Below are positions 1-14,898 of a stretch of 64,000 nt of DNA, piece after piece. The notes below the pieces were generated by a model that had not been told where the DNA came from, did no database searches, and was given only the letters and a program-made list of their open reading frames with translations. Location of the stretch: NCBI GenBank assembly GCA_030141605.1, contig JAQGDQ010000032.1, positions 62,001-126,000 on the forward strand, given 5' to 3'. The position numbers and the translations under genes were made by a program. Each line of letters starts with the position of its first letter. Within the stretch, counting starts at the first letter, position 1. The DNA is from Tubiluchus corallicola. Its lineage: Eukaryota > Animalia > Priapulida.

Positions 1-3000
1 GGCATAAATGTTGTCCAAAATGGGGTACTGATATTATAGAATTAAGAATGAATACTCACTGCTCATGGCTGAAAATTTTATGCCTTTTTACATGCATGAA
101 GGTTAGTGAAGTTGGCGAATTTTATCACAAATTCTAAAATTTGAAACTGATACTCCATAAATGTCAAAATTTTGAACGTGTATAAATTGAGCGTTTTTGC
201 GAACTGTTTCATGAAAGTATTTTAAACCCGTTGCTATTGTTGTCGTATGCTCGACAATTATTAGAAAAACACGTTTTTGTTGGAATTTTCACAATTTATG
301 ATTTTCGTAATTCGTTAATTTCATGACTCGTTAATAAAGATACTCTTTTATACGGCTACTAATAATTTGCTTATATATATTGAATAACGTTTGAGTCAGT
401 ATGTCCTGTGCACTAATCATTACATTTGGAATAATAATTTCAGTCGAACTTGAAGATCTATTTGGATAAACGCAGCGATTGAAGCATTTTTTGTATGACA
501 CTCATTGCGCAACTTTCACTTCGCCAGTTTAGCCTCTGCCATGTCCTATAACCTGCAGACTTTGGGGGTGCTTATGAAAGCACTACTGAAGAAACTCATT
601 GTGTGTTCCACCCTCTTCTTTATTGCTCCCTCTGGAATACTGCACACAGAAGCGTTTTGTCGTTTGGGGCAAAGGTTACGAGTTGTGCGTGAGTAACAAG
701 CACCCACAAAATTATTAGAAACGGTCTGTTTCTGAAGTCTCAGCTTTACACGACATGGTAATCAGTTTTATTATATGTTGGTCAGAATCAGCACAAAGGA
801 GTTTATGAATGTACGCAATATACACACATAAACCTTTTCTAGACTAGTTCTGTAGCTTCTATGCAGTGAGGTGCACTGTGACATTGGACTTTCCCTCTCA
901 CTTATATTTCATTTTTGTTGAGGAACTTTCGCCTCTATAATTATCGATCTTTTTAATTAGAGTCAAAAAATTTTGCAGTTTGAACTTTGACCTAATTACC
1001 CTTTGTCGCAGCACGATGTTAATAATACTTTTTATATTTTTTACACAAAATTCCATTACAATAAAAAGATAAACTGCGCCTTAGTATGACAAGTGTAGTG
1101 TAATTCGGGGCACAGAGGAACGCTTTACTTCTTAAGGAAAGACACCTCTAGTTGCGCAGTTACCTCTCAACAGATTTGACTCTGGCTGTATTCTCCTTTC
1201 AAATACTTTTATTGTTCACCTTTCAAGCATTACCACACTTTTGCCTGTAAAGCATTTTTACGAAATTCGAAATTGAGGCATAGCAGAAGAACATAGCAGG
1301 ACAGCAAGTTTGAGCAACTTAAAGACACTGTCCAGGTATTTGCAAGTGAACGCCGTAAACCATATATACCCTTGTTGTATACCGGTATTTACCGTCACTC
1401 ATTTAACAGACAACATTAGCACGACTTGTATTTAATACACAAAATTAATAACGACTAACATGGAGCCTGATAGAAGGTACACGTTATGACGTTGACAGCC
1501 GATTAATAGTCTCTAACTCAATATTACCCGGCCACCAAACGCAGGAGAAAAAACTTCTACAACAAAAAGTACTAGTGGTAAGTCAATAAAGAATTGAAAA
1601 CAAAACTATTATTGCAGTGGTAGAGTAAATAAAGTAGCAGTAGACAGAAACTCAGTTTTAATCATTAAAAGAATTGCATAAAAATAACTACATTAATTTT
1701 TTTAGCATGCATTACTGTAACAGTAGAAATTACAAAAGCTAAAGCAACTATTATAGTAGGCTGTCCTAGAATAATGCAAAAAGTATGGTCTTGGATACAT
1801 GTGCTGTGACTGAAGCAACAAGAATGAAAAATCAGCCAATCGTCATTGGTGTGAAACCACAGAATTTCATTCAGAGGATTGCTTGCGCCTTTTAAATCAA
1901 AGTAATAATAATAATAAGCAGTTCAAAGTGTGTCTGGTGTAACTCGAGCCAGGGAACGCACTGTTCAGATTCACAACTGTCTATATTCGTTTCTGCTAAT
2001 TAATTTATGCACCACGTCTATTCGGGATCAATATTTATGAATAAAATTATAAATCCTCTGAAGTTATACGCATCAATCGTAGCGTGATTCAAATCAAAGA
2101 ACTATAATGTAATAATTTTCTTTATGTTGAAGCGTTTCTGAATCGGCGAATTAATCATTGTTGGTAAGTGTAAGTACATGCACGTGATAATGTGTTCAGT
2201 AAAAATGAGTTGCAAAAACAAACTTTCAAATAGGCGTGAAGGAATAATAAAGTAACTTTATACAACAATCGATTTATTAGCTTTGACTGTGCAAGTTGTA
2301 ACATAAGAGTAAGCCTTAAATAAATAATAATTAAAAAAAACCAAAGGGTTACTTCGGTCTTTCAGTATTTGTTTTCACTAGAAATTTTAAACGTTTTAAG
2401 TTGTTGATAATCGTCGGGACAATGACGACAGAATTTCGACCAAAACGCTAATAATTTCCAGTTTTTTCACGCCAGACGCGGCGATTTAACATGACACCGT
2501 GGCTATGGTCGTTATAACAAACTGCACACCAGCGCAATCATGAGCTTAGTTCTCTAAATCTGCGACTTATTTCCCATTGTCGTCGGCCTTATAAACATGG
2601 CAGTTTTGACTCGGCAATTTCTGCTAAATCCGGCGGCTTTTTGAAAAGAAACCAATAGAAGATTTATTATTAAGACCCCGGCTCTGTGGTCTTTACTGCT
2701 TATTGGAGACGGCCGCTCATTATAGCACAGTGTCTGAATTTGGCCTGACATTATATCTGTAATTGCAATGCATGTTTCCTATCATTTATTTTTTATTAAC
2801 CGGTAAAGCCGATTTATTTTTAAAGCTGAATATCTCAGCATGACAAAAAGCAGTACTATCATGTTCAGTTAGTCATGTCATGATGCTCTCGATTCAAGAC
2901 CGTCTGTGTATCTTAGTTATAAGGTTGCAACTTTATAACTAAATTCTTTAAAGAATAAAGACAGACTTTTTCTGTCTTTTCCACACACCTCGCTTGTAAT

Positions 3001-3386
3001 CCAACTGCTTACGTTAATTTTTTTTCAATTTTGCAAAGCGACGATGGTGATGAGGATAATGATTATGATGACAACACCGACGATGTTGATGTAGATGATG
3101 ATCATGATAACTATATCTACAAGGAGGACGATAATACTATATGACACTGACCAATGCTAACACTAACAATTCAGTAATTGTATAATTATATCAATTTCAT
3201 CTTGCTTTAGTTTTTGGTTGTCGAGAGACTTGATTCAAATCTCTACTCTTCTGCTTGTTGTTGTTGTTGGGAGACGATTTTTAAAAAAACCCCAAGGCTT
3301 TGTAAATTTGCAATAGATTGTCATGAAACTTCATACGAATATACTAGAGGGAATTCTGCACCGACTGACGAAGCCAGATTTTCGAT

Positions 3387-3412
3387 CCGCCATTTTGAAT
3401 TCAAAATGGCGG
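3387..3412. repeat. Perfect 26-bp palindrome with two YY1-like sites, probably within an old transposon remnant (~3290-3420)
   Basis: ccgccattttgaattcaaaatggcgg is its own reverse complement. Confidence 0.7.
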
Positions 3413-6400
3413 CATTGACGTTATTTCTAATGCGTGATCTTAAGTTCAGCGAGTCCCTCGATCAATAGTTCGAGTCAAACTATTCTGTTGAAGTATGCAT
3501 GTTTTCTGTTGTAGTATGTGCCGCACTGGGGAATAAACAACTGAATACTTTCGTCTTACAGTTGCTTTTCCCAACGGTTTAATGTTATAACGACATTACC
3601 GAACAATCTGGCCTTCTGCCGCCATAATCTAATCATGTGTCAAAGCAGTTTATTTCAATTTAAATCAAGTAAATGCAAATCAAAATCTGCCTTTGACTTG
3701 TAATTTTCTTGTCAAATCATTTTATGCATAAATTTGCATTTAACTCTTTCTACACGGATTCAGTTTGCGTGTGTGCTCAGCCAGTGGCATAGGCACACGC
3801 TCAAGAAGCTTTTAAAGAGTTAACAGATCTAATTTTGCTCCGGAAAGCGGAATTTAAATTATGCAAATTTGATTCGTGCGGCCGTTTCACAATGGTTTTT
3901 CATATTGATGCACTAATTATCAAATACACGTCTCACAGGTGTTGTTGAATAGCAATTAAATCAGCATCTCAAAGAAAAAACTGACGTAATAGTCAGTCTT
4001 ATGCACTCAAGTGCAAATGCTTAATAGGGGAAACCCTTCGCTAAGCTCTTGTTGCTGAATGTTTGAATTTGGATGTTTCCACGGAGATTAACGCTAAATA
4101 TGTATGATGTTTGTTATATTATTTCTAAACAGTGATGTATTGTATACCTAATGTAAAATATTTACCGGGCACCGTGAACTGCCTACACAAAAGTGCTTTG
4201 CCTACACAAAAAATAAATAGACAGTTGTTGTGAAACAATGGTGACCATTTATATTTTAATGTTAGATTCCCAGCTAATTTCCATGACAAGATACTCGCAA
4301 TAAAAACGAAAAGTTTTTTGTGTAGGAAAATAAAACACAAACAAGCAAAGTAACCACATTTGACGGTACAAGTGGTATAAAATAAACATGCGTATATGCA
4401 TATTTATTCAAACCCTAACCCCGACGGATAGTAATAAATACACTAACACGTGTTGGAAATATCATACCTTAAGTTTCCTCCCTCATACCTTTATTTCCTT
4501 TACTAGAACTTTTATTTTTTCAAGCTTTTGTACATAATTCAACTTTCCAACCCGTGTTTTGCCACAAAGATAGAAATCAAACTCTAAACGTCTCCAACTT
4601 TTGCATTGTTATTAGGTAGTTGCTTACTTTGTGTCATAATTGGCTGTGCATAATAATAATACCCTTTTTGGCATTTTTGAAATAGGCAAGCTTAATATTG
4701 TGACACCCACATGATTCGTAATCATTATGACGTGTGAATGTCCACAGTCATAACAAAAGGTGAGATCTATAACGCTTCGCATTGGCCCACAACCCGTACA
4801 CTTGGTTTAATATGACTTTACTATGACAAAGGAATGCCTTTAACTGTTCACTTAAAGGTATTCTTTTGTAATCCGTCGGGATTCTTGGATTTCAAATAAT
4901 GTCTCAGTCTGTGAAAGAGGCGCATTCATCCATTTCTTTCTATTTAATGAGGTTATCAATGAAGAGACAGAATTTTATTTTGACGAGTTAACGAAGTCTA
5001 AGAAGAGCATCCTGGAATTGTCGTCACTGCCCGCAGGGAAGTACTGATTAATTATCGGCACATCTTTAATGCTACTTCAAATGACAGTAGTCTATTCAGT
5101 TTTCGCAAAGGTGATAATATTCTTGTATTACGGGAAACGCCTGTGACTTTAACCCGTTGAGAGCTTCTTTCTTTGTAGGAGATGGCGGAGCCTGATCATT
5201 ATGGCGACATGTTGATTTACACAAGATCTAGCCCAATCTAAATTTAAATTTAACATAATTCACACAGCCGTGAGTTCTGCTGGTATAAATATTTCTTGTA
5301 CCTTCATTGTTGAATGAACTATTCGAATATTTATATTATAAGTTTTGTAAGAAAAAGAAAGCACATCCATTCCAAGACAAAACAACTCTTAAAACGACCG
5401 TCAACTAATTACATGGCAGATCTTAGTTTGCACATCGCAGAATTAATGTAGGTATTCCAGTGATCACTGCTGGAACAAGTAATCAATTGTCACATCAAAG
5501 ACATATTTTTAATGGCTGATTGGCAATATGATCTCATTTTCCGTGCTGAAATTTCAGCTTGTTATGCGATTGGTACTGCAGAGGAGAGAACGTGTAGGAA
5601 CGTTCTTATAGTAGATTTAACACCGTGGCAAATTTAATTAGGCGCCTCTTTTTGTAGCCATTAGGCAGGTATCATCTTTTAATGGTATCCCACACCTGCT
5701 TCGAATGACACTTCCAAACCCTCGCTGCGATAGTAATGTTATTAATGAGAATTAGAATCTTGTTTGATGTATAACTTGCACGCTTTCGCAAACAATATCA
5801 TATTGCCAGCGGAACTAACATTTTGTGGAGTATTGTCTTGCGTTACATCATTAGTATTAATCGTTCAATCTATATAGTTTATATGTCTCCTAAATGATTG
5901 AAGAGGTATTGAGTAGAAATTTATGTATCAATACAATTCATGCCTAGTAATACGGACTTGGTACATGTAGTAATAGTATCAATGGTGCCAACTTTAGAAA
6001 TTTATGGAGCATGCCTATACGTTTAGAAGAGCTCAGTGCAAGAGAAAGCTACCACCCAAAGGTTGCTGGTTTTTTGGTTTCAAATTAGCGTTTGAAGATG
6101 TAAAAAATGGCCGTATGCGCATTTTGTTAAAGATTCTCGAGCTGTGCCACTGTAACATTAATATTTTAAACACGAACAATCAAAACACACAGCGTCATGT
6201 TCAGTAAACGTAATAAAGTCATAACTTCTGTGAAAAGGTCGCCTATTTTAAACATTTTCCAGACCAATCAATTCTTCATATTTCCTTCTTATGACTCACA
6301 TTTCGCGGATTTTTCAGTTGGCGATTTCAATAGATTCCATTTTAATTTCCAACTGCGATTGTGATTACTTGTGCAGGAGCATCTGTTAAACGAATCAATC

Positions 6401-8298
6401 AACGTTTCCCAAAACATGCAATATTATTTGTAATCGATTTCGCAAAATTGTCGAATGATATGGCATGCTTTAGGTGGTAACACGGTTTCTTTTGAATTCG
6501 CTTCAATATAATGTGGTACATAATCATTTGCCGGCGTAAAATTTATGCAATATCTTTACGAACCTGAAGCGTGACGTCTTTTCTTGAGGTAAATACAATG
6601 TCAGGTCATTAAAATGCAACAGTTTGATTTGCAAAGATATTGACAAGCGTCTGTGATTGACGCCACCTCTGGGGACCCCACTCATTTACTTAGCACATAA
6701 AAGCTTTTGCGTGCACTGGGCTGCATTTAAAATTCCATCGAATGTTTAACATAAACCCAAATTTGTGAGAACTGAATGCACAAAGTGGAATATTTTGAGG
6801 CGCGCATGCTCAGAAGAGCAGATTTGCAGTAATTTTTTTGTAAATAAGAAAGGCACACGATACGTTAACTGTGCGCAAGACTAGTGTGTGTTTTTGTTAG
6901 CATTCCCTGATTTTTTAGTTTTACCCCAAAGTTGGGCAAGCATGTTTTAAAAAAAACTTGAAAAAAGTTCGATAGAACGAAGCAACAAAAAAAGGTTAAA
7001 CCAACTGAGTGACTTAAGTTTGATAGAATCACCCAAACAACAGCTGAATAATTGCTTACCCAACTACTTGTGAGTCAGCCAGCTATGCAAACTAACTAAC
7101 TAAACCGACCAATCAACAAGACTGCTAATCAGTCAACCACCAACCAACCAACCAACCAACCTAGTAGCCAGCCAAACAGTTAGCTAATAGATCAATGTTA
7201 GAACAAGAACAAATTAGAACAACTAACGAACAAACAAGAAAACACGCATTCAAATGATCAAGCAAACAAACAAATATGCAAGCATCTAAATAGCCGATTA
7301 AACAAACAAACAAACAGGCAAACAAACTAGGGCTTCTCACTTATCTTTTCTGGGCAGAGTGGGGAAAGGGTCGTTTTCTCTTGTCCACTTGACCCTTGAC
7401 CGACGCGTGCCAATACCAATTTATAGTTTATTTTTTTTATCACCCACAGTTGTTTGATCCATTAGGGTAATATATACTTTCTTCCTATTGTAATTTAATC
7501 TGCCTATTGTATTATGATTGTATAACAATTTATTTGGGCGAGTGAGTATATAATTAAGTGAACAAGCAACCAAATACTGCAAATAAAATATATCATCAAC
7601 AACAACAACAGCAGCAACGGTACAAATAATTCATTTTTCTAACCATCCTTTGCCATTTTACCAAACAATAACGATGGAAAAAAATCCGCGCCTTGCGTCA
7701 TTTGTAATTTGAGGACATTAAAACTTTAATTCCAGAAAATCGAATGAGTGGTACGATGTCTATGCAAATGACGGCTACATCACTGCAGAACTCAAGAGAC
7801 TATGGTCTCATCTAAGCTCAACGATATTAAACAGTCATTTCGCAGCGTTATGGATATGACAGTATTCTAATGACATGGGTTATGTCTAAAGCATTAGTGT
7901 CACTCATTGCAAAATGCAAAATTAATCTCGAATCTCTATATTTAATGCCCCTGTCATTAATCTGAATTATTTCGCGTGTCACCCTGAAAGTCACATCCGA
8001 AGTTATCCAAGGGCGGAGCGAAAATTTATATTGAACTTAGGAGGCTGTTTTGAAAGATTTTTGTTATCTTAGGCGCGCTGTTGTCATTTGAAAAAATAAG
8101 CGTATTTGTTTCGCTATGCAGTTAAAACGTCTGGAAATTAACATAACACTTCAAAAAAACGTTTGTACGTCATGCGCTGTAAACCTCTATAAACCGTGTG
8201 CGCTTTGAAATAGTATTTTATACACAGCTAAAGTAAGTGAAAAACTTAAACGATGAAAAATATTTCTGTAAACGGTCATTGCAGCATATTGATATTAA

Positions 8299-8810
8299 AG
8301 GTCAAATACAACATATTTTGCGACATTTCAATTTTACACAAAAACAAAAAGAACATTGCTCTAACTAAGATTTTGTGATAAACTTTTTCTTGGTGGTTTA
8401 TATAAGAAGAAATTGGGGCGTGAAGGGGTCATTTCCAAATAAAGTCCGAAACTTGATTTCGCGCGTTTTACTCATTAGATGACGCCAGCAAAATTCGATC
8501 CTTAGTTACGGCAGTGTTTGCGTTCGGTTATCACGTGTCACATTTCACTGTGTAACATTGCTTACAAATTGAGCGTCAAAGAAAGCACGCGGCATTCCAA
8601 GCAAGCCGTTGCTGGCACCATAACAATTGTTTAGCCTGCAATTTTCCTAAGTTTCACGAGTAAAACCGAACAAAATGTTTTGAGAAAAAACTTCGAGGCC
8701 CGATTTCATTATGAAGGAAGCCACGAAATTTAATAAAATCGGTGTTATATTATAAGTTACGGCTAGCTCTTTTGCTTAAATAAAACTTGATATTACGTTA
8801 AATTTGACCT
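8299..8810. mobile_element. Kolobok-like non-autonomous DNA transposon (MITE, 512 bp)
   Basis: TTAA at 8295-8298 and 8811-8814 flanks terminal inverted repeats AGGTCAAAT...ATTTGACCT (9 bp perfect, partial beyond). A TTAA TSD with purine-purine termini is the Kolobok signature. No ORF inside. Confidence 0.55.
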
Positions 8811-10830
8811 TTAATGAAACATCTGTGATTGCAATGTTTGGTTTCTTCTGCCACTAAGCTGCTCTAGGTCTTTCTGACTTATCGGGATCAAACGGTTCAC
8901 CTCAAATCAAAAGTGGATAATATCGTATCGCCGCTGCTCTGGATAAAATCCTAGTTCACTCTTATCTTATTCATGTGCCTTAACTCTCTCAAATTGACTT
9001 CATCTAGTTCAAGTCTCTCATTCAAGTGTCGTACATTCACAAAGGGACAATTTTGCTCACTCCTTTTAAAGGATGCCCATCAGCTTCCTAGTTAAAATCT
9101 CTCAGGGACTTTGCATAATGACTGCGGGAAAAGTAACTGTCACTTGGCATCACAAGTAAGCAGGTGACGTTGCACTTGTCTTCGCCTTGCGATATCTCGT
9201 AATTTGTTATCATTTATTCTAGAAAATTCTTTGTTGGAATGCATTAAGTATTCCTTGATGGAATGCATTATGAATGTAAACATTTTGAACTTATGCTTTT
9301 CATTGATCTGTGTAGGCTCTTCGATTTTTGCGTCTGCTGAACTTTCTGTGCTCCTAAATTTGAGTCATTTGTCTTCAAGTTTGCTATATAAACTATAGAC
9401 ATTAATTTTAAGCTAGTTAAAAATAGTTTTCTTAGCCGTAGAATCAATATTTTGAAGTTTTTCACTATTGCTTTAAAATAAGTCTTCACGAACGTTGTTT
9501 CTGGTGTTTTTTCTGGTTTACTTTTTTACGTGCCTTACATCATTTTACAGCTCAGTATCTTTTGACTCATATAAATCCTGTTTTAAGTAAGCGCTTAAAT
9601 AAAATATAGGATACATCATTAAATATATAAAAGAAACTCTCTTCTAAAGAGGAATGGTAAAGAGGAAACTGCTTTGCTTTCATCTTGCTCGATGTTGAAT
9701 ACCTACAAAAGTTATGATCACATTATTTTTAGCAAGAGATTATGGCGCATGCGGTCTAAAAGAAGCCAACTGTAACTGATAAATTAGAAATAGCTGATTA
9801 GAAGTGTAATTTTGTACATATATAGCAATGCTGACATAACACGAAACTGACAAGTTAGTGTAATTTTTATTCCAATACATATTTTGAACAAATTTTGAAA
9901 CTTGTGAAATGTTCACATTTGCTTTTCAATTATTTTTGTGTTGTAATACCTTGTGTATAGCAATAATTAATAGATAAACAGATAGATAGAAATTTATTTC
10001 CCACATAGATACATTAAAATTGGATCTAAACAATGTTTCCTTAATGGTCCATACAGTTAGCAAGATTAAAAGAGACAATTTTAAATAAGTAAATTACACA
10101 CTAAAATTGCACGTTACAATATCATGCGTTAAACTAACATAATGAGAATAAATTACGGTCAAAATTACCGGTTCAAAAATTTCTCAGGTACATCAAACAA
10201 AATTACTTACCAAAAAGTACACATAATTATATACAATAAAATTATAAAAGTAAGTTATGACTGAAATGAACAGTTACAGAAACAGAAAATAATTTAAACT
10301 ATGACATATTAAAACAGACAAAGTTACACACTTTAAAAAGTTTCAATATAACACTTGTTTGTACAGAAGAAGGTGGGTATATGACATCATTACAAGCACT
10401 TCTTTTTTAGGCATACAGTACGGTACTGTGTACATTCACACTAAGATTTGCTGCATTTTTCCTGTCGTGAAACAGGAAAGATTCTTTCCGATAGAAGTAG
10501 TAGTAGTCTGTGCATATAATTCAGAGTAATGAGATCTAGCAACGTGGTCTCGCTATAAACTGGTGTTCCCGGCAGTATCATGGGACTAAATTAAAATGCA
10601 AGACTTTAGTGTCGTATTACCCAATACATCACAGGAAATAATGGGGCGTCTGGCAGCTCCAAAAGACATTTCCATCACAAATGAGATATAGGACCTAGGT
10701 TGCTGTGAACAGTGTCGAAATTTGCAATCAACATTTGAAAACCCTTAATTTATTTATTTAAAACATTCTGTAGTCACGGCCACATTGAACTAGTGCGGGA
10801 CCTTTAGTATCGTTGTAAAGGGGGCCCGTA

Positions 10831-11159
10831 ACAAATAAACAAATAAACAAACAAACAAACATACATACATACATACGTACATACATACATACATACATAC
10901 ATACACACACACATACATACATACATACACACATACACACATACATACATACATACATACATACATACATACATACATACATACATACATACATACATAC
11001 ATACATACATACATACATACATACATACATACATACATACATACATACATACATACATACATACATACATACATACATACATTCATACATACATACATAC
11101 ATACATACATACATACATACATACATACATACATACATACAAACAAACAAACAAACAAA
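10831..11159. repeat. Compound tetranucleotide microsatellite (AAAT/AAAC)-(ACAT)n-(AAAC)n
   Basis: Directly visible; it explains the CMYV ORFs. Confidence 0.97.
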
Positions 11160-14100
11160 GGGATTTTTTCCTCTGCGTAAGAGCCAAACCCATTGGTCTA
11201 ACAGAATCAGACCCAAACAGGCCAGAGCTCTGGCAAATCAGGCCTCAGGCATATTATACCTCTGGACAGCAAGACTTCTCCGACTATAGATTAGACTGAG
11301 CTGGAGCCACACCCATGTCTAGAACTGAAAGAAATTGACCATTTGTAATAATTAGAAAACATTCAGGTCGTTACAAAACCCAACAAAAGACCACGAGTCT
11401 ACGATCAAACCTACGTTCGTCTGTTGCATAAGGCATCATTTTTATTGGACAAAAATTGAGTTCATAGTGGCGCAGAAATTGTGTCCAAATCGATGTAAAA
11501 TTTGTTACATAATGACTAATTTTGCGATTTGTTACATAATGCAGCAATATCATCGCCATTATAAACAGAGCCATAACTACACATAGCAGCTGTAGTAGCT
11601 ATAGTAACAATCGTGTACACAACGTCGAATACAAGAGTTTCAATTCTCTTTTAAGAGGTTATTGGGGTCATTACCTTTGGTCAGAAAGCAAGGTATGAAT
11701 CATGATCTAGTTACTTATTTTTCTGGAACAGCTGCTGAATTAGCTAAATATAATTTCAATTAACGTTAAGTGACAGGTGGAAAGGTTTGCAATTGAAATC
11801 TTCTTTGGATGAGGTGAGTTTTGCTCATACGCTCTCCAGATATTGTGACTAGAACCAGTTAGATTTTGCTCTTGACAATAGTGCATTATGTCTAAGCATG
11901 TTTGTCCTTCTCTAATGAGTAACGCTAGCTACGTGGGATTACGTAACATCAAACATTCACCGAGGAAATTCGGGAAAATTGATAAGTTGGTTTTTTGGAT
12001 TAACTTAAATGTGAAAATTCCGTGGTTGTGTTGGTTGAGGAACACATAAAGGACATCTCGGATGTACTGAAGACGCGTCAACAAACGGTTATCCTGTATC
12101 AGATTTTTCATGGCGTTCTGAGAGGAGCAATACAATTCTTGAATTTATTGAACTTAAGTCAGCTGATAAAACTTTGCTTAACATTAATTAAGAGAGAAAT
12201 AATAGTTAAACCGGTTCTAAATTTATGTCAGAGGCGTCGACGCCGTAATTTTACCTGTTATTTGAAATGATTCCAAACGCGTGCAAACCCAGTCTAAACA
12301 ATAACTCATTTTCAACTTTAAATTTTTAGCATTATTTCTTGCTATGGTACTTACTATTCATATCTATCACACTCCTCTGACGAAGCATAGAAAGTAATAG
12401 AATAAGCCCACTTTTATCATTTTGACTGAATTTAGCATGCCAAGGGTGCGTGAGTTCGTGTTCCAAAAGCCGTTAGACGCCGCTGTTTTCTAGTGAATAT
12501 GCTGGTATTTACTCATAATCTTATGTCAATACAGATCAGACACATCGACAGAAATTCTTTGCTTAATGTGAGTTAATGACTGTCAATTTAACACAGTTGA
12601 TGGATAATTCTTTGTCAAAAATTCGGATCCACGCGTGAAATTGCTACTATGATGAGGGTTACGGATTATCAAGAAGCTTGGGTATCGTAAATATTGCCCT
12701 TTTTCTGTTGCCCCAAATGCGTAGAAGTTCTATATGTCTTTGAAAAAGCACACGTGTGGTATTTGGATTCATGTTTTGCACGCCCTCCCATGCATAGAAT
12801 CCCACAGATGCTGGTGCTTACAGAAGTAGCAACAACAGCGCAATTGTCTAAAAGTTTATTCTGTTATAATGGCTAGCAGTTTTATTTAAATGAAACTAGA
12901 AAAACAGAACTATCATCAAAAGCTGCAATATGTTGTGCCCATCCCAATGATGGCTTTATAGTTTCGCACTGCTCTTTTTCCCGTTGAGACTGCAATCATT
13001 ATCACTCAGCAAATAATGCGCTGGGTTCGTTATAGTCTCATAATGATGAGATACGTGCCTCTACACTTGCCCGAATTACTTAATTTGTAGCTGTTTACAT
13101 AGTTATGGACTGATGTGCTTGGCTTCTTGCGCAACCCATTAAAGGTGTGCACGAGGTTCACACTGATTTCATCTCCTGCCTGTAAGGGCGGCTGAAAGTG
13201 GCTTCATATGCTAACTTATTGCCACGATTTTCTGTGGTCCAACTATCCACGAATTCATGTAAATGTTAATGATAATGATGACATAAAACTTTAGAAAAGT
13301 TAATTATGTGCACGAGGTAACTAAATAATAAAAAAAGTTTAAAAATTGTTTAATACAGATTAAACGTAAGATTTTTAGAGCCTTTCTGTGCACAGTTTTA
13401 TGTAATAGGTTTGAATGCGAAAAATCTGTTCTAGATGTATCATCTACAATTTCACTAGTGGAAACTCATTTTAGTTGGTCACACAGTGTTTTAGCTGTAT
13501 GTTATTTCATTTCTACACAAAAAAGTGATTCACAGTCTAAAAGCAGACTTTCTATTCCTGTAAATCTAAGCTTTATTATACAATGTTACTTTCAAATCAA
13601 TCAGATATTTTCATTTATTTTTTTGTATAATTAAGGTTAATCTTACGTGTAGATCAAACTGTTCTGGACATTTTATAATAAGCAAAAAATTGATTAAAGT
13701 CACTAAAATGTGTCCAAAATCAGCAATGCGGTTGGCGCCGTCTTAAAGTCCATATAAAAGCCTGCAGCATCAATAGATGTTATTTGAATCATAACCCTAG
13801 CAAAAAATTGAAAACAAGTGCACTATTTAAACCAGTTTTGGGAAAAAATTGTGTGCTTCTGTCGTTAAATTCATTGACACGAATTAAGTTATAATGAACC
13901 TGTTATCGAAGTTCATCGAACCAGTCCAAACTATGTGGAAAACCAGTGTTAAAGTTCTTTGCGGGAAGAACTTTACGCCTTGTGTGTGGTTTTAAACAAA
14001 TTAATTTGGAGATTATCACACCACCAGTCTTCGACTCCTGCCATTAACCTTTCAACTTACTCAAGTTCTTGAATGGAACCTGCTGACAAGTTTCAGCCAG

Positions 14101-14836
14101 AGTGATACAATAACAACTTAAGACCAAAGCAGCATTCTTTACCTGTGTGAAGACAGATGATGTTTTCTTCTCACCTGTTAATCAGGGGGTAAATTGTATT
14201 TTTAGGGTTATGTAAAAACAATGGATGAGATCTGAAAAGGTGCATAACTCAGCAAATGATCATAAACTATTGTTCGGTGCTCATAATAGCACTTCATTAG
14301 ACGTTGTTTTCATGTGTAAAAACAACATTAATTTTATTACAATTTGTAATGCTTTGTGTCAACTGAAAGAAAACCATTTTTTCAAAGGTCTGAGTTGTCA
14401 CTTCTTCGTAGTGAACAGATTTTCATTACTGTTAGAGAACCATTTTGTTAGAAAAGAATAATTTCCTCGATACTTTAAATATGCATGTACATCTGTGTAT
14501 TAAGTAAAAGGAAATCGCGTATTTCTTGTTGATCAGTTACTAAAGGGAGACGAGACAATTTTTCAGAGTATATCTCATTTTGGCCTTTGATGTAAACTAT
14601 ACTTTTTATTACCTACAATAATTGCCAAACTGTTTCTTATATTTGAAAATTAGCTTAGAAACCTATGGCTCGCTATCGATGAAGTAACGGTTGGGTACAA
14701 TTTTCCATTGGTTCACTTGCTGAAAAGATTGAATCGTGACGCTGATTTTGAAACATAAGTTTGAGAAGTTTTTAAGTTCACAATTTCAAATTAGCCAAGT
14801 TGATGGTCGAGCTAATTCATGATTTCGAGTGGCTGC

Positions 14837-14898
14837 CATGACGTCATGACAGGAACGTGTTCTGTCACCTATGACGTCATGACGGGATGTTTTCTGTC
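14837..14898. promoter_or_regulatory. 33-bp tandem duplication carrying two palindromic CRE (TGACGTCA) sites
   Basis: catgacgtcatg at 14837-14848 and atgacgtcat at 14871-14880, each followed by gac(a/g)gga...ttctgtc. Confidence 0.5.

Noticed and set aside
4411-4421. Telomere-like aaccctaaccc
   Set aside because: It is fewer than two full units and expected by chance or from an old repeat.
10758-11216. 92-152 aa ORFs rich in CMYV
   Set aside because: These are translations of the (ACAT)n microsatellite.
10770-11330. Possible SINE ends flanking the (ACAT)n array
   Set aside because: No A/B boxes or TSD could be identified.
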